DNA of 64,000 bases from an uncultured Syntrophobacter sp. (GTDB taxonomy: Bacteria; Desulfobacterota; Syntrophobacteria; Syntrophobacterales; Syntrophobacteraceae). Both the position numbers and the translations under genes were made by a program. Below the pieces are notes generated by a model, which ran no database searches, was not told the DNA's origin, and was given only the letters and a program-made list of their open reading frames with translations. The stretch covers positions 442 through 64,441 of the forward strand of contig CAXXDT010000004.1 of assembly GCA_963663685.2 (NCBI GenBank), in the 5' to 3' direction. This document shows positions 1 to 9,366 of this stretch, one piece after another (position 1 is the first letter of the stretch; each line of letters starts with the position of its first letter).

Positions 1-1062
1 ATCTATGATGAACCGGATTCATCCAAGTTTGCCGGCATAGGCGACGTTGCGACGTGGTTGAAGGCGCAGCCGCAATTCTCCAACATGCTGGTCTATGCGA
101 ACCTCGGCAACGTCTACAACGGATCGTCGGGGGGGGAGGCTCCCGGGGACGCATTGATCCAGAGTTATATCAATACCGTCCACCCCGACGTGCTAATGTA
201 CGACCTATATCCGTTCCTTGTGGGTTCTAGCGGCATGGCTGACCGGGGCTTCTTCTACGACAGCGTGATGGGGTTCCGTAGAATGGGCCTGCAAAACAAC
301 CTGCCGTGTTTCGCCTATATCCAGTCGTACGCCAACGACACGACGTGGCGATATCCGAGCGATTCGGAAAACCGGCTGAATCTCTACACGTACTTGACCA
401 CCGGCTACACCGGGCTGAGTTACTATCGATATTCGGCGAGTGCGAGCGAGGGCGGCGCCTTAGTAACCGGCACCAACACCGGCACAAAGGGCGTGATGTA
501 CGACGATGTCGCCGCAGTGAACCCCGAGATCTCGCGGCTCGGCAATGTGCTGAAGTCCGCCAAGAGCACGGCCGTCGGCTATGTTCGTGGACAACACGTG
601 CTGTTCGGCACCCTCACCGTCAGGAACAGCACACCTTACTCTCTCTCCAATTGGTCGTCGGGTATGGGCGGCGATTCGCACATCACTAACATTCGCGTCT
701 CGGAAGACGGTTCGCTGAAGGATGGCCTGATCGGTTTCTTCGCGGACGATCGCGGCGAAGAACTGTTCATGCTCACGAACTCGTATGCCGGAACCGACAC
801 GGCCTCTTCGTACCAATTGACATTTGACATGATGTTCGACAGCAGTGTGAACAGTCTGCTTTGGCTGAATCAGTCGACGGGGCAGCAAACCGTCGTTCCG
901 CTGAACAATCACGTCTTGGAGGTCGTCCTGCCCGGCGGGACGGGAAACCTGTACAAATACAACGACGGCATTGGATTCATGGTTCCCGAACCTGGAGCGA
1001 TAGCCTTGCTGGCCTCCGGATTGTTGGGTCTGTTGGCCTATGCCTGGCACAAACGAAGGTAG
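1..1062 (+). CDS. PEP-CTERM sorting domain protein, 5'-truncated by the window edge
   Basis: Frame is open from base 1 (IYDEPDSSKF...). C-terminus VPEPGAIALLASGLLGLLAYAWHKRR is a PEP motif + TM helix + basic tail. Confidence 0.85.
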   Translation: MYDEPDSSKFAGIGDVATWLKAQPQFSNMLVYANLGNVYNGSSGGEAPGDALIQSYINTVHPDVLMYDLYPFLVGSSGMADRGFFYDSVMGFRRMGLQNNLPCFAYIQSYANDTTWRYPSDSENRLNLYTYLTTGYTGLSYYRYSASASEGGALVTGTNTGTKGVMYDDVAAVNPEISRLGNVLKSAKSTAVGYVRGQHVLFGTLTVRNSTPYSLSNWSSGMGGDSHITNIRVSEDGSLKDGLIGFFADDRGEELFMLTNSYAGTDTASSYQLTFDMMFDSSVNSLLWLNQSTGQQTVVPLNNHVLEVVLPGGTGNLYKYNDGIGFMVPEPGAIALLASGLLGLLAYAWHKRR

Positions 1063-1064
1063 AC

Positions 1065-2912
1065 ATGCACAAGGCACTTTTACTATGCTTCGCGCTATGG
1101 GTCCTAGGCCTAAGTTCTTTCTGTTCTGCCGTTCCACCCGAAACAACAAAAGTATTGAACAACTTCGTGACCGAGTTGGCGCGTCTGAAGAACGTTTCCT
1201 CCGGCCAAACCGTGAACTTCACGAACCCGCGTGAAGGTTGGATTCATATTGCCGTAAAATCGTCCAATGCCGTAACGGCGTCCTTTTCAATGCCTGAAAA
1301 AATGCGGCGGGAAGCAATCGTCTTTCAATACAATGAAGCGGCGGCCACATCCGAGGCCATGAAGTATTTGCCCGCTGGAGATTACCGGTTGGATCTGGCG
1401 TTGCCGTCCGGCGCCGCGGCTGAGACGTTGTTGATTCGAGCCATTCCCGAAATCTTCTACAACGGCTATTGTCGAGAGTCTCCGCTTCACGAATGCAACA
1501 ATGCCGCCCGCGATTGGGCCTTTTTGGAGAAATACGTCAACCCCAACATCAACACATTCGTAGTTCGTCGCTCATATCGAGATGGACGGCCTGCGAACAA
1601 GCCTTCCGACAAAGTCTTCAACGAGTGGCTTCGGCGAGGAAAACATTGGGTGGACGAAGCCCCCATAGACCGCCACCCCAAGGACGTCGAGCAAACGTAC
1701 CATTACTACTTGTCGACCTTGGCGATGGACGATCCGGGTTACAGCGGCTACCTGGTCGACGAGTTCGTTCCTCGCAAGGGAACGATGGAAAAGTACCGCA
1801 TCAATATCGAGGCCCTACAGCGGGTCGCAAATCGCCCGAAGTTCGCCGGCAAAAAAATATACCCGTACGTCGTCACTCCTAATGCCAAGTACGACGATTA
1901 CAAAATGGTCGGCAAGTTCGCGGTCGACAATCGTTCCATGCTGGCCTGGGAGTGGTATTGCAAGGAAGAGCCTCCGGCAAAGACCTCGTGGGATTGCTTC
2001 CATCTCGACCTTCAGGCCGACTACATGAAGCAATGGAATCTGTTCCATCCGGGGGCTGAGGATTCGCTGCTTTTCACCTTCGCGGGCTGGAACGTGCCGG
2101 ATTGCTGCGGAGACGTCAATCCGCAATTGAACTACAAGGTGCTTCTGGATTGGCAGGTAAACCTTATTGCCAATCATCCCATGTATCGGAAGGCACGGGG
2201 GGTCAATTTCTGGAGTTCTTCGTACATGGACGAGGAGTTGATCCGCTGGATGTGCCGGCTGTTCCGACACTACTGCATTGAGGGAAATAAAGGCCTGCTG
2301 TCGACGGATCCGTACGTCCTTCCGCATTTGGTCAATGCCGACTGCGAGCAGGGAACTGAGGGTTGGGATCTTCGGATGGCCGAACCCGGCACGATTCGAG
2401 CAGGCACGTTGAAGGATTTCGGAAAAATCGAAGGACGGTACGAAGTCGACAACGGCGACCATTTCCTCGTCGCTCGGCGGAGCCGTCAAAGGCCGAACAC
2501 TATTGCTCAGACCATCAAGAATCTGACGCCTGGACGGCTGTACACATTTCGCATGTATTCAGCCGATTACGGCGACCTCTCGACGGGGGATTCAGAGCAA
2601 CAGATGCACGCGGTTTCTATATCCCTGCCCGGCGTTCGGATTCTTCCCGGCAGAGAACTTCATTCTTCTTATGTTTCCAGGGGCAGCAAGAAGATCAAGC
2701 CTTTTGACTCGCAGAAGAGCGATGGCTGTTGGTTGAATTACTATTGGATTCTATTCCGTGCCAAGAGTGAAACGGCGACATTGAGGGTGTCCGATTGGGT
2801 TGATCCCCAGCGACCGGGCGGCGAGATTGGTCAAGAGTTGACCTTCAATTTCTTCCAGGTCGAGCCCTATTTCGCGCCCGAAGAGATGGATGATCGGCGA
2901 TATGCTCGGTAA
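1065..2912 (+). CDS. Secreted uncharacterised protein, possibly glycoside-hydrolase-like; paralog of the C-terminal part of the next gene
   Basis: ATG at 1065, 2 nt after the upstream stop. Signal peptide MHKALLLCFALWVLGLSSFCSA. Blocks such as VLNNFVTEL, FTNPREGWIHI and FNFFQVEPYF recur in 2962-5808. Confidence 0.75.
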   Translation: MHKALLLCFALWVLGLSSFCSAVPPETTKVLNNFVTELARLKNVSSGQTVNFTNPREGWIHIAVKSSNAVTASFSMPEKMRREAIVFQYNEAAATSEAMKYLPAGDYRLDLALPSGAAAETLLIRAIPEIFYNGYCRESPLHECNNAARDWAFLEKYVNPNINTFVVRRSYRDGRPANKPSDKVFNEWLRRGKHWVDEAPIDRHPKDVEQTYHYYLSTLAMDDPGYSGYLVDEFVPRKGTMEKYRINIEALQRVANRPKFAGKKIYPYVVTPNAKYDDYKMVGKFAVDNRSMLAWEWYCKEEPPAKTSWDCFHLDLQADYMKQWNLFHPGAEDSLLFTFAGWNVPDCCGDVNPQLNYKVLLDWQVNLIANHPMYRKARGVNFWSSSYMDEELIRWMCRLFRHYCIEGNKGLLSTDPYVLPHLVNADCEQGTEGWDLRMAEPGTIRAGTLKDFGKIEGRYEVDNGDHFLVARRSRQRPNTIAQTIKNLTPGRLYTFRMYSADYGDLSTGDSEQQMHAVSISLPGVRILPGRELHSSYVSRGSKKIKPFDSQKSDGCWLNYYWILFRAKSETATLRVSDWVDPQRPGGEIGQELTFNFFQVEPYFAPEEMDDRRYAR

Positions 2913-2961
2913 CGACGCTGCAAACACACATGGAACAATTACCCGGGATCGAGAGAAACTC

Positions 2962-5808
2962 ATGATGCGACGAACGAAGGTTGGCGGGCTATTGGCTGGT
3001 GTTGCTTGGTCTTTCGTGGCGGCCGTGGTCGCCTTGGCTGCCGACAATGGCGTGCCCAGACCGATTCGAGCCGGCCTGATCGGGCTCGACACTTCGCATG
3101 TCGTGGCCTTTACGACGTCCTTGAACGATCCCAACGCTACCAGGGAACTCGCCGGCGTGAAAATTGTTGCCGCTTATCCGGCGGGCAGTCCGGACTTGCC
3201 GCTTAGCTGGAACCGTGTCAAAGGCTTCACGGAGACGTTGCGCGGCCGAGGAGTCGCGATCGTCGATTCGATCGATGAGTTGCTCAAGCAAGTCGATGTC
3301 GTATTTCTGGAAAGCGTCGACGGCCGAGTCCATCTTGCCCAAGCCCGGCCGGTGATCGCCGCCGGCAAGCCGTTGTTCATCGATAAGCCAATGGCCGCCT
3401 CGCTGTCCGATGCCATGCAAATCTTTCGCCTGGCCAAGGAGAAGGGGGTGCCGTGCTTTTCGGCGTCTTCGTTGCGATTCAGTCCGGGCGTGGAGGCGGC
3501 GCGTAACGGGACTGGCCCGTTCGGCGACGTTCTCGGTTGCACGGCGTGGAGTCCCGCTCATGTCGATGCCAAGTCCGGAGAATCTTTCTGGCTTCACGGC
3601 ATTCACGGCGTGGAGACGCTTTTTGCCGTCATGGGACCAGGGTGCAAGACCGTTTCTCTGTCCGCTCCGGAAACATTCGTCGGTGTCTGGAAGGATGGCC
3701 GAGTCGGAACATTCGTTTCGAAGAAGAAAGCCAAGAGCAAGGATGAATACGGCGCCTCGATCGATGGGACGAAAGGCAGCGGCCAAGTCGGCGGATATAC
3801 GGGCTATGTGCCGCTCGTCGCGGAGATCGTCAAATTCCTCAAGACGGGCAAACCGCCCGTCATCGCCGAGGAAACGCTGGAGATTCTCGCATTCATGGAG
3901 GCAGCCGACCAGAGCAAGCGGCAAGGCGGCGCGCCGGTGGAGCTCGAAGCGGTCATGAAGCAAGTACGCGAGGCCGTTGCGGCCCAAAAGTCGCCAAAGC
4001 CGATCACCGATAGCCACGATTCCGGCGACACCGCGCCGCCGGCAATCTCCGGAACCGTGTTGAACAATTTCGTGACGGAGTTGGTTCGTTTGAAGAACGT
4101 TTCCGCCGACCAAGCCGTAAGCTTCACAAACCCGCGCGAAGGTTGGATTCATATTGTCGCAGACTCGTCCAGTGCCGTAACGGCGTCCTTCTCGAGGCCG
4201 GATAGGATGCGGCGGGAAACGATCGTCTTTCAACATGATGACGCGACGGCCTCATCCGAGGCCATGAAGTATTTGCCCGCGGGAGACTACCGGTTGGATC
4301 TGGCGATTTCTTCCGGCGCCACAGCCGAAACGCTGCTGATTCGAGCCATTCCGGAAATCTTCTACAACGGCTATTGCCGGCCGTCGCAGCTTCACGAGTG
4401 CAACGATGCCGCCCGCAATTGGGCATTCCTGGAAAAATATGTCAATCCCAACATCAACACGTTTGTCGTTCACCGCGCCCACCGAACGGATCCGCCTTCT
4501 TCCTATAAGCCGCCCGAAGACGTTTTCAGCGAATGGCATCGCCGCGGGAAGCATTGGGTCGACGAAATATCGATCGACATCAAGGCCGCAAGTGTCGACG
4601 AGGCTTATCAATACTACGTATCGGTGTTTGCGATTCCGAATCCGATTTACGACGCCTATTTGATCGACGAGTTCATGTCGACGCCGGAAAAGAGAAAGGC
4701 AAATCGAATGAACGTCGAGGCCCTGACTCGCATTGCGAGTCGCCCGGATTTCGCCGGCAAGAAGATACATTCCTACACAGGCTCTCCGCATCCCGAATTC
4801 GACGATTACAAGGAAGTCTGCAAATTCGCGGTCGATCATCATTTCCTGCTGGCTCAGGAGTGGTATGTAAATGACAAGCCGCCGAAGAAGAACATATTGG
4901 ACTGTTTCGGCGCCAGTTCGCGAGCCGATGGCGTGAAACAATGGGATAAGTTCTTTCCGGGAGCGGCCGATTCCCTGCTGATGACCGTGGCCGGTTGGAA
5001 CTTGCCCGATTGCTGCGGCGACATCAATCCGCAAGTCAATAGCAAGGTATTGCTGGATTGGCAGATGAAGTTCCTCGCCAATGATCCGGCGTATCGCAAT
5101 CTGCGGGGAATCAATTTTTGGAACACTTCGTACATGGACGAAGAGCTGATCCGCTGGATGTGCCAATTGTTCCGACACTATTGCATCAAGGGAAACAAGA
5201 ACCTGCTGTCGACGGATCCGTATGTCCTGTCGCATTTGGTCAACTCCGATTGCGAGCAGGGAACGCAGGGATGGGACCTTCAGATGGCCGAACCCGGCAC
5301 GATTCGGGCGGGAACGTTGAAGGACTACGGCAAAATGCAGGGGCGTTATAAAGTCCCCAACGGCGACCATTTCCTCGTCGCTCGGCGCAGCGAAAAAGGA
5401 CCGAATGTGATCGGCCAAACCATCAAGAACCTGACGCCCGGCCGTCTGTACACCTTCCGCATGTATACGGCCGACTATTCCGATCTGAAAACGGGAAAAT
5501 CCCAGCGACAGAAGCATGTCGTCTCCATTTCCGTGTCGGGTGCCAACCCCATCCCCGACCGGGAACTTCACATTCCCTATTACTCCAGGGCCAGCATGAA
5601 GTTCCCGCCGTTTGATTCCGAGAAGAAGCCTTGTTGGTCGAATTACCACTGGCTTCTATTCAGGGCCGAAAGTCAGACGGCGAAGCTGATGATTTCCGAC
5701 TGGGTTGATGCCCAGCGGCCGGGCGGCGAGATTGGCCAAGAGCTGGCCTTCAATTTTTTCCAGGTCGAGCCCTATTTCGCATCCGAAGAGATGGATGATT
5801 GGCGATAG
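2962..5808 (+). CDS. Fusion of a Gfo/Idh/MocA-family oxidoreductase (N-terminal) and an uncharacterised ~590-aa domain (C-terminal)
   Basis: Signal peptide; IRAGLIGLDTSH Rossmann start; KPLFIDKPMA and HGIHGVE motifs; after a Pro/Ser/Asp linker, a copy of the upstream paralog. Confidence 0.8.
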   Translation: MMRRTKVGGLLAGVAWSFVAAVVALAADNGVPRPIRAGLIGLDTSHVVAFTTSLNDPNATRELAGVKIVAAYPAGSPDLPLSWNRVKGFTETLRGRGVAIVDSIDELLKQVDVVFLESVDGRVHLAQARPVIAAGKPLFIDKPMAASLSDAMQIFRLAKEKGVPCFSASSLRFSPGVEAARNGTGPFGDVLGCTAWSPAHVDAKSGESFWLHGIHGVETLFAVMGPGCKTVSLSAPETFVGVWKDGRVGTFVSKKKAKSKDEYGASIDGTKGSGQVGGYTGYVPLVAEIVKFLKTGKPPVIAEETLEILAFMEAADQSKRQGGAPVELEAVMKQVREAVAAQKSPKPITDSHDSGDTAPPAISGTVLNNFVTELVRLKNVSADQAVSFTNPREGWIHIVADSSSAVTASFSRPDRMRRETIVFQHDDATASSEAMKYLPAGDYRLDLAISSGATAETLLIRAIPEIFYNGYCRPSQLHECNDAARNWAFLEKYVNPNINTFVVHRAHRTDPPSSYKPPEDVFSEWHRRGKHWVDEISIDIKAASVDEAYQYYVSVFAIPNPIYDAYLIDEFMSTPEKRKANRMNVEALTRIASRPDFAGKKIHSYTGSPHPEFDDYKEVCKFAVDHHFLLAQEWYVNDKPPKKNILDCFGASSRADGVKQWDKFFPGAADSLLMTVAGWNLPDCCGDINPQVNSKVLLDWQMKFLANDPAYRNLRGINFWNTSYMDEELIRWMCQLFRHYCIKGNKNLLSTDPYVLSHLVNSDCEQGTQGWDLQMAEPGTIRAGTLKDYGKMQGRYKVPNGDHFLVARRSEKGPNVIGQTIKNLTPGRLYTFRMYTADYSDLKTGKSQRQKHVVSISVSGANPIPDRELHIPYYSRASMKFPPFDSEKKPCWSNYHWLLFRAESQTAKLMISDWVDAQRPGGEIGQELAFNFFQVEPYFASEEMDDWR

Positions 5809-5912
5809 TGCCAGCCCGTTGGCCTGCTACGTCTGGAACGGTCGCCAGGGTTGATTTGCCGCTCGCCTACAGAAAGCTCGAAGGCCGCGGGTATGCCTAC
5901 GGAGAGGGGGGG

Positions 5913-6617
5913 CTAGCTCCGTTTCCGTGCGATCATGGCTGCTTCGAGGGCTTTTCCAACCTGATCCACATGCAACGACATGGCCGCGGCGGCCCCATCG
6001 GCGTTGCCTGCGATCAGCGCCTCGACGATGGCAAGATGCTGAGCCGTTGACGCCAATAAGTCACGACGATTGGAACCGATTACGTCGCGAGTAGTTTGGA
6101 CCATCGCATCATAGCGTTGGATTTCCTCCGCCAGGCGAGTGCTCCCACAACATTTGGCGATGACTGCGTGTAGATTCTGATCGGCATCTCTCTCCGCCAG
6201 ATACCATTCATGGGAACGGCGAGGCTTGGCGAGATCGATGAAACTCTCTTTGAGATGGAGCAACGTGGCCTGGTCGATTTGGCCGCAGGCCATGCGAGTC
6301 GCTTCGGTTTCCAGAATCCGCCGCAATTGATAGATCTCGCGCAACTGTTCGGGCCCAAAGGGCCTTACCACGACACCCCGGTTATGCACGAACTCAACGA
6401 CGCCGATGCCGGACAACTCGATCAGCGCCTCGCGCACCGGGGTTGAGCTGGTGCCGAATCGCGTGGTGAGATCGACGATTTGCAGCCGTCTGCCGGCGGG
6501 CATCTGCCCCGAGACGATCTCGCTCAATAGGTGCATCGCCAACGCATGCCGCATCGCCCCACGAGCGAGCAAGCCTTCTCCAACCGCAGAGCTGTTTGTA
6601 GATATGCTCATGATCAA
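5913..6617 (-). CDS. GntR-family transcriptional regulator (wHTH + FCD domain)
   Basis: IVSGQMPAGRRL...FGTSSTPVREAL HTH; EIYQLRRILE and AMSLHV FCD features; divergent from 6880. Start codon uncertain. Confidence 0.9.
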   Translation of the reverse strand: MIMSISTNSSAVGEGLLARGAMRHALAMHLLSEIVSGQMPAGRRLQIVDLTTRFGTSSTPVREALIELSGIGVVEFVHNRGVVVRPFGPEQLREIYQLRRILETEATRMACGQIDQATLLHLKESFIDLAKPRRSHEWYLAERDADQNLHAVIAKCCGSTRLAEEIQRYDAMVQTTRDVIGSNRRDLLASTAQHLAIVEALIAGNADGAAAAMSLHVDQVGKALEAAMIARKRS

Positions 6618-6749
6618 TGTGTATTATCCATTAAACAGAAAACAATTGCAACCCCCACCCCGCCAACGACTGGTGTGTTTGTAGCTTGCGGATTTCCCAC
6701 CGGCAACCGAGATCTCGATCGGCGCGTACCGATTCTTGGAAACAGGCAC

Positions 6750-6790
6750 TTGACGAGCCGAACGAATGACGTTACGTTGTGCATTATGCA
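6750..6790 (+). promoter_or_regulatory. sigma70 promoter with downstream palindromic operator
   Basis: TTGACG(6750)-N17-TACGTT(6773), then TGCATTATGCA at 6780-6790. Confidence 0.65.
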
Positions 6791-6879
6791 TTAGTTGTCG
6801 CGACGCTTTGCCGCCGCTGCAACCAAGATCACTGCTGCCAAACGGCAAATCGTCTGGAACCAATCTGAAAGGGTATGTG

Positions 6880-9366
6880 ATGAACGTGATTCGGCCATGC
6901 GCTGCGGTGATTCCCGCATTGGTTTTCATTTCGGCCGTCTCGGCGGCTTGTTGCGCACAAGACCTTGCGAGAACCAGCAAAACGATCGCCGCCGTGCTGA
7001 GAGAACCGCTCCCGCCGGAAGAACTCAGCCTCTCCGAGAGTGCCGCCGAGTTCAGTATTGCCGGGCCGACTTTCACCTATCGTGTCCGGAAAGCAACGGG
7101 CACAATCGACGCAATTCGCGTGGTCCGAGAGGGGCATACGGTCATCGAGGCCGTCGGTCCCGCCGACATTCAGATCGACGGATTTCGACTGGCTTCCAAA
7201 TTGAACTCGGCAAAACCGACGGTTGTCAGCCAGAACAAGGGCAAGATCGTACTGGAATCCGCGGGAATCCTTCGCAACCCGGAGAAAGACGATTCCGAAG
7301 CGGATTACACGCTGCGCCACACGTTCTTCAACGACGGCGTTGTGGTTTCGGAAGTCAAGCTGACGCCGCGTAAGGATCTGCTTGTGGAGAAGGCGATCGT
7401 GCATCGGATCGCCACGAGAGGGCGATTCTCCGTCTTCGATCACAAGCAGCGCAACCGCCAAGGCCCGACCGTGCGCGGCGGTTTGCCTGAACCTGGCGCG
7501 AGCGTGCATCTCGACTTACTCTCCTCCTGTCTTCAGGTGTATGGTCCGAGTGCCGGACTGGCAATCTTCACCGACTGCGGCGCCACGTATCTCAGTCAAC
7601 CGAAATTGGATTCGGCCCTTCTGGAAGTGACCGGCAAGGAAGACGGGTTTACGACACTCGCTCTGTCGCAATACATTATTCACGTCGCCCCCGGCGACAG
7701 ACCGTATCTGGTGAAGGCCGGCGAGCCATTCACCTTCCGGCTGGGTATCAGCGTGGCCCCCAACAAGTTCCCTCACCCCAGGACACACGATTTACGGATG
7801 TTCACCTGGATCGGTGACGGAAAGAACCCCTATCCGACCGACGAAGAGATCACGACGGTCGCCCGCTTGGGCTTCACGCTGTTTCAGTTACATCGTGCGG
7901 GCACGCCCGGCGATCCCCGTCCGCCTGCCGGAGAGGCCGCGCGGGTCGTCAAGAAAGTCCACGAAGCGGGAATGCTCTTCCTTTGGGAGGAAAATCCCGA
8001 CCTCCTACACGTCGGCGCGCCTGGGGTCGTCAAGTTGAAGGCCGAGGGACGATGGTCCCTGTGGCAAGGGTTCAACTACAAAGGTCGCTATACCGACTGG
8101 ATGGATCCCTTCTGCGATACGGTAGCGACGTGTTTGGCGGCGCCGAACGGGCTGGCGGAATACCGGTTGGCCAACATCAATCGGATGATGGATCAGATGC
8201 CCGTCGATGGGCTCTATCTGGACGATAACGCAGCCTATCCCACGTGCAAGCTTTGGAAGGAACACGGTCACCCCAGGCCGGTCTACGATTGCCTGATCGA
8301 ACACCACGAAATGAACTGGCGGCGTCGTGAGTTGATGCGCAGCCGATGCCCGCATCTGGTGCTGGTCAGCCATTGTAGTCTGCATGGCCTTCTGCCGCTG
8401 ATCTGCGATTTCGACGCCCAACTCTACGGGGAGGGCTACGCGTTCGGTTCGCTGCAGGATTACTGGGACAAATATTCTTCGTTGGTCATGAGCATACCGT
8501 CGCAGGGGATGATATGGCCGAGCGCCGCCCAACCGCATCGCTGCACTACCTCGGTCGCCTACAACCTGGATTTGCTCACCGGCGGCGGACAGTACACCGA
8601 GATCGATTGGCGGGTCTTCTTCAAGAAGTACCCGTCCGCCTACACAAAGGGCGCCGACGATCGGGAGTTGGAGACCACCCGATTCTACAATCTGGCACAA
8701 TACTATTTTGGAATGTACGAATCGAAACCCTACTACTTCGCCTATAACGCCAATTTGTTCGCTACGAAGACGCCGCAGACCTATGCTGCCGTCTACCATA
8801 ACCAGATATGGAACGACTGGCTGATCCCCGTGGCCAACATGAGCGGCAAATCGCTCGACACGGCGATCATGGTGCATTCGCCTCGATCGTTGGGCATCGT
8901 GGCCGACAAGCCATACATCCTGTTTGATGTTCAACGACGCAACGCCGTGACGCTCCGTGGCGACAAGATCAATCAGTGCCTTGAAAAGATCCGTGTCCCC
9001 GGCGAAAACCTTCGGCTTTTCTGTCTTCGGTCGGTAACGGACGATAAGCCCTGTCACCTCTGGGGCGGGAAACGCATTTCGGAAGTTTGGGACGCCAAGA
9101 CGCGAAAACTGACCGTGAAAATACTCGGCCCGGCCGGGCTGCAAGAGACGGTCTTCTTCGCCGGCGCCAAGCACGGAATCCAGAAGGTTATCGTCGCGGG
9201 GGCGCCTGCCGATTTCACATTGGATCCGGCTCAGGGCTTGGCGCATGGCCTGGTGACGTTCACGGCCGATCCGCTTGTGATTGAAATGAGTTGTTCTTCC
9301 GAAGGCCGCAATGGTTTGCCGGAAAGACCCTTTCCCCCCGTCGCCTTGTTCAAGGAAACGCCATGA
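6880..9366 (+). CDS. Large secreted uncharacterised protein, putative TIM-barrel glycoside hydrolase-like
   Basis: Signal peptide; acidic DGLYLDD motif; tandem paralog of the next gene. Confidence 0.7.
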   Translation: MNVIRPCAAVIPALVFISAVSAACCAQDLARTSKTIAAVLREPLPPEELSLSESAAEFSIAGPTFTYRVRKATGTIDAIRVVREGHTVIEAVGPADIQIDGFRLASKLNSAKPTVVSQNKGKIVLESAGILRNPEKDDSEADYTLRHTFFNDGVVVSEVKLTPRKDLLVEKAIVHRIATRGRFSVFDHKQRNRQGPTVRGGLPEPGASVHLDLLSSCLQVYGPSAGLAIFTDCGATYLSQPKLDSALLEVTGKEDGFTTLALSQYIIHVAPGDRPYLVKAGEPFTFRLGISVAPNKFPHPRTHDLRMFTWIGDGKNPYPTDEEITTVARLGFTLFQLHRAGTPGDPRPPAGEAARVVKKVHEAGMLFLWEENPDLLHVGAPGVVKLKAEGRWSLWQGFNYKGRYTDWMDPFCDTVATCLAAPNGLAEYRLANINRMMDQMPVDGLYLDDNAAYPTCKLWKEHGHPRPVYDCLIEHHEMNWRRRELMRSRCPHLVLVSHCSLHGLLPLICDFDAQLYGEGYAFGSLQDYWDKYSSLVMSIPSQGMIWPSAAQPHRCTTSVAYNLDLLTGGGQYTEIDWRVFFKKYPSAYTKGADDRELETTRFYNLAQYYFGMYESKPYYFAYNANLFATKTPQTYAAVYHNQIWNDWLIPVANMSGKSLDTAIMVHSPRSLGIVADKPYILFDVQRRNAVTLRGDKINQCLEKIRVPGENLRLFCLRSVTDDKPCHLWGGKRISEVWDAKTRKLTVKILGPAGLQETVFFAGAKHGIQKVIVAGAPADFTLDPAQGLAHGLVTFTADPLVIEMSCSSEGRNGLPERPFPPVALFKETP

